A stretch of 64,000 bases of DNA from NCBI GenBank assembly GCA_964639265.1, contig CAZXCL010000003.1, positions 733 through 64,732 on the forward strand, given 5' to 3'. A program made the translations under genes and the position numbers. Numbering within the stretch: the first letter of the stretch is position 1; each line of letters starts with the position of its first letter. Source of the DNA: an uncultured Gammaproteobacteria bacterium (GTDB lineage: Bacteria; Pseudomonadota; Gammaproteobacteria; Steroidobacterales; JBCCMA01). Positions 33,695 to 42,886 of this stretch are shown here, one piece after another. The notes beneath the pieces are model-generated. The model saw only the letters and a list, made by a program, of their open reading frames with translations, did not search any database and was not told the origin of the DNA.

Positions 33695-36600
33695 ATGTCG
33701 ACTAATCCTATCCTTGCTGCTCCCTTTGAACTGGCCGGTTTTGTTGTCGATCCGGCGACCGGCACGTTGACCCGTGACCGTGAGCAGAAGCAACTGCAGC
33801 CCAAGGTCATGCAGTTGCTGGTGTGCCTGGCGGAGCATCACGGGCAGATTGTCAGCAAGGAATTTTTGCTCGAGAACGTTTGGCGCGGCACCTTTGTCGT
33901 CGACGGTGCGTTGCGCCGCTGCGTGTTTCTGCTGCGCAAGGCGCTGAGCGATCCGGCGCGAGACGAATCGGTGCTGGAGACGCTCCCACGGCGTGGCTAT
34001 CGACTGACCGTCGCCCCGGCGCCGATCGACGCGAATGCGCAGACAGAGCCGGCCGCATCGCAGTCGGAAGAGACGCCGTTTGAGGGCGAGGCCTATCGAG
34101 GTCTGCAGGTTTTCGAGTCCAGCCACGCCGATCGGTTCTTTGGACGCGAGGCAGCCGTTGAGAGAGTGGTCAATGCGCTCGATGCGCAGGCCGCAAGCGG
34201 ACACGGCTTTTGCCTGATTTTGGGACCAAGCGGTAGCGGTAAGTCTTCGCTTGCCATGGCCGGCGTGCTGCCGGCGCTGATGACGCGCGATGCAGAGCAG
34301 CGCCTTGTGTGCGCCACGTTCAAACTCAGCGACAGCCCGGCCGATCCGATGATGCGCTTCGCGACCTGTCTGGCTGAGGCCGCCGACGATCATAATGCCA
34401 GCGAAGAAAGTGCAGCGGTGCTGGCGCGTCTGCTCAAAGATGACGATGAGGACGCAGCCGTTTCGGCAATCGTGGAGTTGTTTGCGACTCAGGATGACAA
34501 AGCCGGCAAACGCCTGCTGCTGGTGTTCGATCAGTTCGAGGAGCTGCTTTCCGACGATACCGACGTCGCGCTTAGAGAGCGTTTTTTGCGCGTGCTGTAT
34601 CCGCTGGTGCGCAGCGGCAATGTGTGGCTCCTTGCAACCATGCGCAGCGAGTTTTATCCGCAATTTGTAGCGCTTGAAACGCTGCGCTTTATGCGTGGCG
34701 ACCACGGTCAGGTGGATCTGAACTTTCCGGGTGCGGCAGAAATCACAGACATCGTACGCAAGCCCGCGAAGCTCGCGGGGCTGACGTTTGACACAGATGA
34801 TCAAAGCCGGCGCCTCGATCAGATCATTATTGATGATGCGACGGCGCAGGCCAACAGTCTGCCTCTGCTGCAGTTTGTGCTGCGCGAGCTGGAGCTCAAG
34901 AGTACGGATCGCGTTTTGCGTACAGCAGACTACGAGGCTCTGGGCAGCATGGCGGGCTGTCTGTCGGAGCACGCCGATCGCGTCTTCGATGGCCTTTCCG
35001 ACGAAGCGCAGGGCGCTCTGCCCGAGGTGCTCGAGCGTATGGTCAGTGCTGATCCGCGCAACGCCGGCCGCGTGCTGAAGCGTACGGTGGCGCTCAGCGA
35101 GTTTGATAGTAACGCTGGCGCGCGCGAATTGATCGATGCGTTCATCGACGCCAGGCTCATTACGACGTTTATCGACAAGGTCGCCAGCGAGCCCGCGGCG
35201 CAGTTTGCCCACGAGGCGGTGCTCGCGAACTGGGAGACCGGACGTGACTGGGTGCAGGCTAACTATGCCGAGATCCGGTTTCGTACCTGGATTAATGATC
35301 TCGCAACCCGCTGGCATGACGATGATCGTGCGAAGCACTATCTTCTGAATGACGGCAAATCTCTGGTCGAAGCACGCCGACTGGTTGACGCGCACGTGGG
35401 GCTCGCACCAGCGACGCCAGATTTCGTGGCTGCCTCGCATCTTCGTGCCTCCATCCGCGATGTCATCCGCGGCGCGGTTACTCTTTCGCTTGCAGCGCTT
35501 ACGGTGCTGGCTCTGTTTATGTGGCGCAGCGCCGAGAACAGCCGCGAGGTCGCCGAGGCCTCGACGCGACGGGCCGAGGCGACCAGTGATCTGGTGCTCT
35601 CAGTATTCGATGAAGCCGACCCGGGTATCTCGAAGGATCGACAGCTCTCAGCACTCGGTGTACTCGACCGCGCGCGCGAACGCATGGGCGATCAGTTGAG
35701 CACGGCGGAGCCCGTCGATCAGGTGTCGATGCTCAGCAAACTCGGTCAGACCTACCATCTGATGGGCCAGACAGACGTGGCCAGTGAGCTGCTCGGCAAT
35801 GCCGAGACCTTGCTGCCTTCCATCGAACAACGCTATCCCGCAGTGGCGGCCGAACTGCTGATCGAGCTGGCCAGTCTGCGCAAAAAACAGCAGGCGCTTG
35901 CCGACAGCGATGCGTATATCGAGCGCGCCTTGTCGCTTGCGCGGCGCGCTGACGCCCCGTTGCTGATTGCCCATGCCTTGAATCAGCAGGGCTTGCTCGC
36001 GCAGACGCGCGGTGATCACAACGAAGCGATCGCGCTGTTTGCGCAGGCCAATGATGTTCTCGACACGGCACCGTCGACACCCGCCGTTATCCGGCTGGCG
36101 CCAAGCATTGTGGCCAACCTGGGTAGCTCGCGGATGAGCCTCGGTGATTATCCGGCCGCCGATGACGCGTTCCGTCTGGCGATTGACCTGCGCCGGGAAC
36201 ACGGTCTCGATGACACCGCCTACCAGTCCGATTTGCTTTCGAATCGTGGCACGCTGGCGCATTTTCAAAAGCAGTATGCGCGGGCCGTCGACTTTTTCTC
36301 CCAGGCCATCGAGCTGCGCTCGCGCCTGCACGGGCCGGAGCATCCGCGCAATGCAACCTATTTTGTCAATCTGGCGTCGGCGCAGATGAAGCTCGAGCAG
36401 TTTGTGCAAGCGCGAGAGAGTGCACGCGCCGGCCTAGAGATTGCCGCCGCCGGTGGTCATCTCGGTGACGATGTGCCGGCGCTATTGCATGCCAACTTTG
36501 TCATGGCCAGCTGGCTTTCTGATCAGGACGTGGACGCGCAGCAGAGGCGTGCCGCGGACGCGCAAATCGGCGTGCTGGCGCGACTCTACGGTGAGGATGC

Positions 36601-36817
36601 GAGCATCACCCATGCGGTATCCGTCGCGCTGCTGGGTCTGCGTCTGCATCAACGGCTGGAGGCGGGGGGATCGGAGACCGCATCGCTCTGTGAGCAGTTC
36701 GTTTTGGCGGCCGCCAAGTTGCCGCAAAAAGAAGGCCCGGAGTCACCATTGCAGGCAAAAGCCGCGTCGCAGCTCGACCGCTGCGACGCGCTGGGAAAAA
36801 CACCCTCGTTGCAATGA
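33695..36817 (+). CDS. Membrane-tethered regulator: OmpR/CadC-type winged-helix domain, STAND-like P-loop NTPase, TM helix and TPR region
   Basis: The wHTH reads LQPKVMQLLVCLAEHHGQIVSKEFLLENVW...LETLPRRGYRL. Walker A is LILGPSGSGKSSLAMAG and Walker B is RLLLVFDQFEEL. The TM helix is AVTLSLAALTVLALFMW. The C-terminal 400 aa has TPR-like periodicity (YHLMGQTDVASELL, QQGLLAQTRGDHNEAIALF, RGTLAHFQKQYARAVDFF). Confidence 0.75.
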   Translation: MSTNPILAAPFELAGFVVDPATGTLTRDREQKQLQPKVMQLLVCLAEHHGQIVSKEFLLENVWRGTFVVDGALRRCVFLLRKALSDPARDESVLETLPRRGYRLTVAPAPIDANAQTEPAASQSEETPFEGEAYRGLQVFESSHADRFFGREAAVERVVNALDAQAASGHGFCLILGPSGSGKSSLAMAGVLPALMTRDAEQRLVCATFKLSDSPADPMMRFATCLAEAADDHNASEESAAVLARLLKDDDEDAAVSAIVELFATQDDKAGKRLLLVFDQFEELLSDDTDVALRERFLRVLYPLVRSGNVWLLATMRSEFYPQFVALETLRFMRGDHGQVDLNFPGAAEITDIVRKPAKLAGLTFDTDDQSRRLDQIIIDDATAQANSLPLLQFVLRELELKSTDRVLRTADYEALGSMAGCLSEHADRVFDGLSDEAQGALPEVLERMVSADPRNAGRVLKRTVALSEFDSNAGARELIDAFIDARLITTFIDKVASEPAAQFAHEAVLANWETGRDWVQANYAEIRFRTWINDLATRWHDDDRAKHYLLNDGKSLVEARRLVDAHVGLAPATPDFVAASHLRASIRDVIRGAVTLSLAALTVLALFMWRSAENSREVAEASTRRAEATSDLVLSVFDEADPGISKDRQLSALGVLDRARERMGDQLSTAEPVDQVSMLSKLGQTYHLMGQTDVASELLGNAETLLPSIEQRYPAVAAELLIELASLRKKQQALADSDAYIERALSLARRADAPLLIAHALNQQGLLAQTRGDHNEAIALFAQANDVLDTAPSTPAVIRLAPSIVANLGSSRMSLGDYPAADDAFRLAIDLRREHGLDDTAYQSDLLSNRGTLAHFQKQYARAVDFFSQAIELRSRLHGPEHPRNATYFVNLASAQMKLEQFVQARESARAGLEIAAAGGHLGDDVPALLHANFVMASWLSDQDVDAQQRRAADAQIGVLARLYGEDASITHAVSVALLGLRLHQRLEAGGSETASLCEQFVLAAAKLPQKEGPESPLQAKAASQLDRCDALGKTPSLQ

Positions 36818-36973
36818 GCCGTGTGCCGGGCAAATCCAGATGCCGCGGCGAACAGGCGGGAATGGGGTGCGGGCCCAAAAGTGCAACATCCCAGGGGTAT
36901 TTGGCCGGGTAGTTGTTGCAGCGCCACGCTACCAAGCGATCGCCGCCAACGTGTTATCCGGGTGTTATTTTCG

Positions 36974-37576
36974 CTAGACGTCGAGTCGTTTGAGGCGCTT
37001 GATACGCTCGCGTTCCTGCCGCGCGGCTTCCTCATCAGGCGGCTCAAACGCCATCGACAGCGACACCGAGGCGGGTTTGGTGGAGCCCAGGTCGCCCAGT
37101 TCGCTCGTTATCTCAAACGAGCTGGGATTAAGTACGCGGGATAAAAACTGCACGAGCCGGGCCGACAGTCGCCCGCTCAACGGCTCTACGCGGGCCACAA
37201 ACCAATTGAACAGTGTCTGGGCATCTTTCGCAGAATCCGACGGATGCTCATTGATGTAGGCGAGTTTTTCACGATAGGCGCGCAGCTCCGCCGTCAGCAC
37301 GCCCGACGCCGTTAGCAAACGCAGGCCGGACCAGTGGCGCTGTTCGCCGTAGTCATTGTCGAGAAAGTCCTTCAGTCCGGTGGCCATGTCGTCGCATGCA
37401 TTGCTGATGCTTTCTTTGAACAGGTTCCATTCGTTCTCGCCGATGATCACGGTTTGATCGGCATCGGTCATCTGCACCTGGTAGCGGCGTTCAATCAAAC
37501 GGATGTCTTTTTTCAGGCCTTTGAGATCGGCGGCGATCCTGTGCGCCTCGGATTGCAGCCATTTGTCCTTAGCCAT
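36974..37576 (-). CDS. Hypothetical protein (200 aa, helical and charged)
   Basis: Start at ATG 37576 behind GGGAGG (MAKDKWLQSEAH...). The longer track ORF (to 37855) would overlap the acyl-CoA dehydrogenase gene. Confidence 0.45.
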   Translation of the reverse strand: MAKDKWLQSEAHRIAADLKGLKKDIRLIERRYQVQMTDADQTVIIGENEWNLFKESISNACDDMATGLKDFLDNDYGEQRHWSGLRLLTASGVLTAELRAYREKLAYINEHPSDSAKDAQTLFNWFVARVEPLSGRLSARLVQFLSRVLNPSSFEITSELGDLGSTKPASVSLSMAFEPPDEEAARQERERIKRLKRLDV

Positions 37577-37655
37577 GTGCCTCCCTTGCCGGCGTCCTCG
37601 CCGCATAGCCTGTGATCCACAGGCAGTATAGCGGTGTGGCGCCGCGGCCGCAGGC

Positions 37656-38819
37656 TCAGGTGGCGCGTTGGTTGAAGCGTCTTCCCACAAGGGCTGAAGC
37701 GATATTGGTTTTTTGCACGTCAATAGTGCCGCCGGCCAGGCCCCAGCCAAAGCTGTCGCGTACGCGCTGTTCCATACCGTATTCGCTTGCGTAGCCATAG
37801 CCACCCATGACCTGCATGGCGTTAACGCACACCGTGCGAACAATTTCATTGGCAAAACACTTGGCCGTGCTGCTTTCCAAAATTGAGGGCATACCGATGG
37901 AGGCGTTGTGAACGGCCCGGTAAATAAGAAGACGCGCGGCTTCGACCTGCATGGTCATCTCTGCCAGGCGCAGCTGAATGGCCTGAAAATCCACAATGGG
38001 TTTGCCAAACTGCTTGCGTTCCTGCACGTAGGCCGTGGCCTGTTCCAGCGCACCGGCGGCAAGACCCAGAGACATGGTCGCGTTACCGCAGCGCTCAAGA
38101 TCGAACGCCTCCATAAGCTTCTTGAAGCCACCGGCGGCCACGATCTGGTGGCCCGTCGGCAGGCGTACGTTGTCAAAGTAAACATCGCAGTGCCCCACGC
38201 CGCGCCAGCCCATGAGCCCCTCATGTTTACCGAACGAAACGCCCGGTGTGTCGCGTGGCACATAGACCGCACCGATGCCTTTGGCGCCGGGCTCTTCGGC
38301 CATGCGGCAATAGACCACGAACCCATCGGCATGCGCACCGCCACTGGTCCAGCGTTTTTGCCCGTTAAGCACCAATTCGTCACCGTCCGCCTCGGCTTTT
38401 GTGGTCAGATCGGTGAGCGCCGTCCCGGCGTTGGGTTCGGACATGCAAACCGCTACTTGAACGTCGCCTGTGCACACCGACGGCAGGACCCGCTGGCGCA
38501 GATCTTCCGGGGCAAAATGCTCGATGGCCTTGATCGGGCCGACGCAGGCCTCGAAGACTGGAAATGCCGCAGCCGTTGAGATGCGTGCGAACTGCTCCAG
38601 CACAATGATGGCATCGAGGTTGGACAGGCCAAGTCCGCCGTATTGTTCAGCGACGTTAATGCCAAGGAAGCCCTGCTCGGCAAGCTCATGCCGGATGGCC
38701 TGCGACGGCGGCTCGTTGGTGCGCTCGCAGGCCTCGGCAACGGCGGCCATGCGTTCGTCGGCAAAGCGGCGTGCGGCGTCGCGCAGCTGTTGCTGCTGAT
38801 CGGTAAGCTGGAAATCCAT
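37656..38819 (-). CDS. Acyl-CoA dehydrogenase
   Basis: MDFQLTDQQQQLRDAARRFA, CMSEPNAGT, QKRWTSGG and C-terminal MGGYGYASEYGMEQRVRDS. An alternative start lies at 38849. Confidence 0.9.
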   Translation of the reverse strand: MDFQLTDQQQQLRDAARRFADERMAAVAEACERTNEPPSQAIRHELAEQGFLGINVAEQYGGLGLSNLDAIIVLEQFARISTAAAFPVFEACVGPIKAIEHFAPEDLRQRVLPSVCTGDVQVAVCMSEPNAGTALTDLTTKAEADGDELVLNGQKRWTSGGAHADGFVVYCRMAEEPGAKGIGAVYVPRDTPGVSFGKHEGLMGWRGVGHCDVYFDNVRLPTGHQIVAAGGFKKLMEAFDLERCGNATMSLGLAAGALEQATAYVQERKQFGKPIVDFQAIQLRLAEMTMQVEAARLLIYRAVHNASIGMPSILESSTAKCFANEIVRTVCVNAMQVMGGYGYASEYGMEQRVRDSFGWGLAGGTIDVQKTNIASALVGRRFNQRAT

Positions 38820-38884
38820 GAACGTCCTCGGCGTTGGTGCAGGTTGCAAGCCGCATTATCGCTCGCTTTTCGCGATTAGAAAAG

Positions 38885-38904
38885 AAAACAAGCATGACTG
38901 TTTT
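38885..38904. promoter_or_regulatory. Palindromic operator candidate, site 3 of 3 (AAAACAAGCATGACTGTTTT)
   Basis: 18 of 20 matches to the ideal palindrome. It sits in the divergent gap between the acyl-CoA dehydrogenase (-) and the SDR/Rieske/E1-E2 operon (+). Confidence 0.55.
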
Positions 38905-38918
38905 TTTTCTTGAGCCAA

Positions 38919-38927
38919 TGCTACCAT
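38919..38927 (+). promoter_or_regulatory. Extended -10-like element TGCTACCAT
   Basis: Identical to 21372-21380. It lies 14 nt downstream of operator site 3 and 46 nt upstream of the start at 38973. Confidence 0.4.
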
Positions 38928-38972
38928 TTCGGCCGGTTTCGCTGACGAATCGGCTGCGAAGGACACAACGTT

Positions 38973-39764
38973 TTGACGAGCTCGACGACCCCCCGAGTCG
39001 CCGTGGTGCTGGGCGCCTCTGAAGCCGGCAGCATGGGTGCGCGCGCGGCGCAGCGGCTCAGGACCGATGGGTACACGGTTGTGATTGCCGCCCGGCGCGA
39101 GCAGCAGACCGCGCACCTTGCGGCCGAGCTCGGCGTTGACTGGCTTGGCTGCGACATCACCATAGAGCGCGAGGTCGAGACACTGGCTCACAAAATTGTG
39201 GCGCGCCATGGTCGGCTGGACTGCGCCATCAATATGGCCGGGCAGGCCGTCATGGGCGATATCGGCACGACCACGGAAGACAATCTGCGCCGTGCCGTGG
39301 ACGTGCATCTGATTGGCCCGTTTTTCTTTTTCAAGCACATGGCCGCGGTCATGCATGACGGCGGCGCGATGATCACGACCTCGTCACTGACCGCATCCAG
39401 GGTGATCAACAATCATGCCGCCTATGTTGCGGCCAAAGCCGGCGCCGATCATTTGATGCGCATCGCGGCGGTTGAATACGGGGGCCGCGGAATCAGAGTG
39501 AACGCCGTGGCACCAGGCTTTACCGGCGACACGCCCATGTCACGGGATTTCGTTAAGCTCGAGGGCCTTGTCGAGTTGTTTGAATCGAGAATACCGCTGG
39601 CCCGCCTGAACACTGCTGAAGACGTCGCGCATGTGGTGGCCTGGCTGTGCGATCCGGCGACGTTTGTCAGCGGCGAAGTGATCCAGGTCAACGGCGGCAA
39701 TGCGCTGACCGGACTGCCGGCAAAAAGAGATTTCAGCGCGCTTGTGAAAGCACACAAAAGTTAA
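38973..39764 (+). CDS. SDR-family oxidoreductase
   Basis: TTG start per the ORF track. VAVVLGASEAGSMGARAA, catalytic YVAAKAG and NAVAPGF. Confidence 0.75.
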   Translation: MTSSTTPRVAVVLGASEAGSMGARAAQRLRTDGYTVVIAARREQQTAHLAAELGVDWLGCDITIEREVETLAHKIVARHGRLDCAINMAGQAVMGDIGTTTEDNLRRAVDVHLIGPFFFFKHMAAVMHDGGAMITTSSLTASRVINNHAAYVAAKAGADHLMRIAAVEYGGRGIRVNAVAPGFTGDTPMSRDFVKLEGLVELFESRIPLARLNTAEDVAHVVAWLCDPATFVSGEVIQVNGGNALTGLPAKRDFSALVKAHKS

Positions 39765-39818
39765 GGCACGATAGGGGCTCACCAGCCCGGCCACGCATAT
39801 TTTTAACGGAGAACGACG

Positions 39819-40580
39819 ATGGATTTGGGATTGCGCGACAAGCGAGCAATTATCACCGGCGGCACGAAAGGCATCGGGCGACGTATTCTGGAGCTTCTGA
39901 TCAGCGAAGGCTGCACCGTGGCCACCTGTTCGCGCTCCATCGAGGACGTGGAAGACACGATTGAAAAGTGCTCTACCCGCAAAGCCGAGGTTGTCGGCGA
40001 CGTGTGCGACATCAGCGACAAGGATGAATATGCGGCCTGGATCGACAAGATGGTCGAGAAAATGGACGGCGTGGATATCTTCATTCCCAACGTCAGCGCT
40101 GGCGGCGGCATGGACAGTGAGAAAAACTGGTGGAAAAACTTTGAGACGGATGTCCTTGGAACCGTGCGCGGCTGTGAGGCCGTGGCTCCGCACATGAAAG
40201 AAGGCGGTGGCGGTGCGATTACGATTATGGGCACCACGGCCGCGATCGAGACCTTCGGCGTGCCGCAGGCGTTCAACGCCATGAAAGCGGCGCTGATTAC
40301 CTACGCCAAGCAGCTGTCGCAGTTTCACGGTCACGACGGTCTGCGTGTCAACGTGGTCTCACCGGGGCCGATCGAATTTCCAGGCGGCACCTGGGAGATG
40401 CTCAAGGACACGATGCCCAAGTGGTATCAGAAAGTGCTGCGCGACCATCCGACCCAGCGCCTGGGCACGCCCGAAGAGGTGGCTAAATGCGTGGTCTTCA
40501 TGTCCAGCCCGGCCGCGGGTTGGGTCAACGGCAGCAACCTGGTCGTGGACGGTGGCTTCACCAAGCGAGTGCAGTTCTAG
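39819..40580 (+). CDS. SDR-family oxidoreductase
   Basis: AIITGGTKGIGRRI and NVVSPGPI. The usual YxxxK position reads FNAMKAA. Confidence 0.75.
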   Translation: MDLGLRDKRAIITGGTKGIGRRILELLISEGCTVATCSRSIEDVEDTIEKCSTRKAEVVGDVCDISDKDEYAAWIDKMVEKMDGVDIFIPNVSAGGGMDSEKNWWKNFETDVLGTVRGCEAVAPHMKEGGGGAITIMGTTAAIETFGVPQAFNAMKAALITYAKQLSQFHGHDGLRVNVVSPGPIEFPGGTWEMLKDTMPKWYQKVLRDHPTQRLGTPEEVAKCVVFMSSPAAGWVNGSNLVVDGGFTKRVQF

Positions 40581-40585
40581 GACAC

Positions 40586-41914
40586 ATGAGCGAACGCACC
40601 TACAAGCACGTCGAGCGCGTCACCGAGCCCGTGCCCGGCGGCACGCCGATCGAGCATCGGCCGCCCGGCGATCTGGGCTATGACAAGATTCCGAAAGAGC
40701 GTTACACGTCCACCGAGTACATGGAGCTTGAGTGGCGCCATATGTGGTCCAAGGTCTGGCTGCTTGCCGGTTTCGAGCGCGACATGCCGGAGCCAGGCGA
40801 CTATATCTGTACGGAGATTGGCCGTGAGTCAGTCATCCTCGTGCGACAGAAAAACGGCGACGTGCGCGCGTTTTTTAATGTCTGCATGCATCGCGGCAAT
40901 CGCCTGGTCGACGAGGGTATGGATCAGGTTGAGACATTCAAATGCGGCTACCACGGCTGGGAGTACGGACTGAACGGTCGTTTCGTAAACATCCCCGATC
41001 GCGAGCTGTTTCCTCAGGGCGCGCCGTGCGCCGGACTGGTCGAGCTGCCGTGCGCGGTGTGGAATTCGATGGTCTGGTTCAGCCTCGACAAGGATGCGAT
41101 GCCGTTTGATGAATACATGGCGCCGCTCAAAAACCACTTTGAGCCTTATCATTTTGAGCGCATGACGCTGATTCGCGATGTCACCGTTGAGTGGGACTGC
41201 AACTGGAAGGCGTCGGTCGATGCATTCAACGAGACTTACCATGTCGCAGCTACCCATCCGCAGCTACTGTGGTATCTCAATGAGATGGACGTGCAAATCG
41301 ATTGCTACGATCGCCATTCACGCTATCTGGTGCCTTTCGGCATGACCAGCCCGCATATCAAGAAAATTCCCGAGATCCCGCCGCCGCTGAAGTTCATGTT
41401 AACCGAGGCCGGTCTCGATCCGGCCTCCTATGAGGGTCCGGTCGACGGCATTCGCAAGACAGTGCAGGAACACATTCGCGCCACGGCGGCCGAGGAGGGG
41501 CGCGACTACAGCGAACTCAACGACGATCAGCTCACCGACGATTACAACTACCTGGTGTTTCCGAATCTGACCTTCAACACCCACGCCGATCATCTGATGC
41601 TGTTTCGCCATCGCCCGCATCCGAGCGACCCGAACAAGATGTTCTTTGATACCTGGACGCTCAAGTACATCGTCGACGAGGACGAGATGCCCGAATACCG
41701 TCCGCGGCACAAGCACTATGCCTCCGGCGAAAAGTATCTGGGCATGGTCATCGACCAGGACGGCGGCAATTTGCCGCGCGTACAGCAGGGCATGAACAGT
41801 GCGGCCTACGATGGCTTGTGGCTGGGCGATCTTGAAGTTCGACTGCGGCATTTTCACAAGACGCTTACCGATTATATTGACCGCGGCGCAGCGCGCAGCA
41901 AAGGCAGCTCATGA
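40586..41914 (+). CDS. Rieske-type oxygenase, alpha subunit
   Basis: Start at ATG 40586 (MSERTYKH), 6 nt after the SDR stop. CMHRGNRLV...CGYHGWEY and NETYHVAATHP. About 40 percent similar by eye to 10375..11736. Confidence 0.85.
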   Translation: MSERTYKHVERVTEPVPGGTPIEHRPPGDLGYDKIPKERYTSTEYMELEWRHMWSKVWLLAGFERDMPEPGDYICTEIGRESVILVRQKNGDVRAFFNVCMHRGNRLVDEGMDQVETFKCGYHGWEYGLNGRFVNIPDRELFPQGAPCAGLVELPCAVWNSMVWFSLDKDAMPFDEYMAPLKNHFEPYHFERMTLIRDVTVEWDCNWKASVDAFNETYHVAATHPQLLWYLNEMDVQIDCYDRHSRYLVPFGMTSPHIKKIPEIPPPLKFMLTEAGLDPASYEGPVDGIRKTVQEHIRATAAEEGRDYSELNDDQLTDDYNYLVFPNLTFNTHADHLMLFRHRPHPSDPNKMFFDTWTLKYIVDEDEMPEYRPRHKHYASGEKYLGMVIDQDGGNLPRVQQGMNSAAYDGLWLGDLEVRLRHFHKTLTDYIDRGAARSKGSS

Positions 41915-42876
41915 GATTGCAACCCGATGACGTGCGACGCATCTATCGCCAGATGCGATTGATCCGAGAATTTGAAGAGCGTTTGCATCTGGAAATCCAG
42001 ACCGGTGAGATCGCTGGTTTTACCCACTTGTACAGCGGCCAGGAGGCCGTGGCCGTGGGTGTGTGCGACCCGCTGACCGACGACGACTACATCGTATCGA
42101 CCCATCGAGGCCACGGTCACTGCATTGCCAAGGGCTGCGATCCGGTTGGCATGATGAAAGAGATTTACGGTCGGGCGGAGGGTTTGTGCAAGGGCAAGGG
42201 TGGCTCGATGCACATTGCGGATTTCGATGTCGGCATGCTCGGCGCCAACGGTATTGTGGGTGGTGGCCCGCCCATCGCCGTTGGTGCAGCGCTCGGTGCC
42301 AGTCTCGACGGCAACGGCCGCGTGTCGGTGGCGTTTGGCGGTGACGGTTCGTCCAACCAGGGGACAGTGTTCGAAGCGATGAACATGGCCGTGGTGCTGA
42401 AGCTGCCCGTGCTGTTCGTATTTGAAAACAACGGCTACGGCGAGCACACCGGGGCGGATTACGCCGTAGGCGCGGTCGACGTGCGTACGCGCAGCGAAGG
42501 CTTTGGCATGCTGGCGCTTGAGGGCGACGGCAACGACGTGTTCGACGTGCTCGCCAAAATGGACGAGGCGCTGGCCCATGCACGCGGCGGCAACGGACCG
42601 GTTGCGCTGGACCTGAAAACCCTGCGCTACTTTGGCCACTTTGAGGGCGATCCGCAGCGCTACCGCGCCCCGGGTGAGGTAGAGAATGCCCGCGAACAAA
42701 ACGACTGCCTGCTGCGTTTCCGCGACCGCGTGCGCCAGGCCGGTGATATGGATGCGCAGTTTGATCAGATCGATCGCGAAGTGCTTGAGCTGATCGAAGA
42801 TGCGGTTCAGCAAGCCAAAAACGCTGCGCCGCCCGAGGCCGCCGACGTGCTGACTGACGTGTACGCGTCGTACTAG
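41911..42876 (+). CDS. 2-oxoacid (acetoin/pyruvate-type) dehydrogenase E1 alpha subunit, TPP-dependent
   Basis: ATGA overlap with the Rieske gene stop. YRQMRLIREFEE, STHRGHGHCIAKG and GGDGSSNQG...FENNGYG. Confidence 0.9.
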   Translation: MRLQPDDVRRIYRQMRLIREFEERLHLEIQTGEIAGFTHLYSGQEAVAVGVCDPLTDDDYIVSTHRGHGHCIAKGCDPVGMMKEIYGRAEGLCKGKGGSMHIADFDVGMLGANGIVGGGPPIAVGAALGASLDGNGRVSVAFGGDGSSNQGTVFEAMNMAVVLKLPVLFVFENNGYGEHTGADYAVGAVDVRTRSEGFGMLALEGDGNDVFDVLAKMDEALAHARGGNGPVALDLKTLRYFGHFEGDPQRYRAPGEVENAREQNDCLLRFRDRVRQAGDMDAQFDQIDREVLELIEDAVQQAKNAAPPEAADVLTDVYASY

Positions 42877-42886
42877 GGGGCGAATC

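Noticed and set aside
33386-35440. 684-aa ORF on the minus strand
   Set aside because: It is entirely antisense to the wHTH/P-loop/TPR gene, which has clear motifs. Its translation is Arg/Ala/His-rich with no motif. This is a typical shadow ORF of GC-rich DNA.
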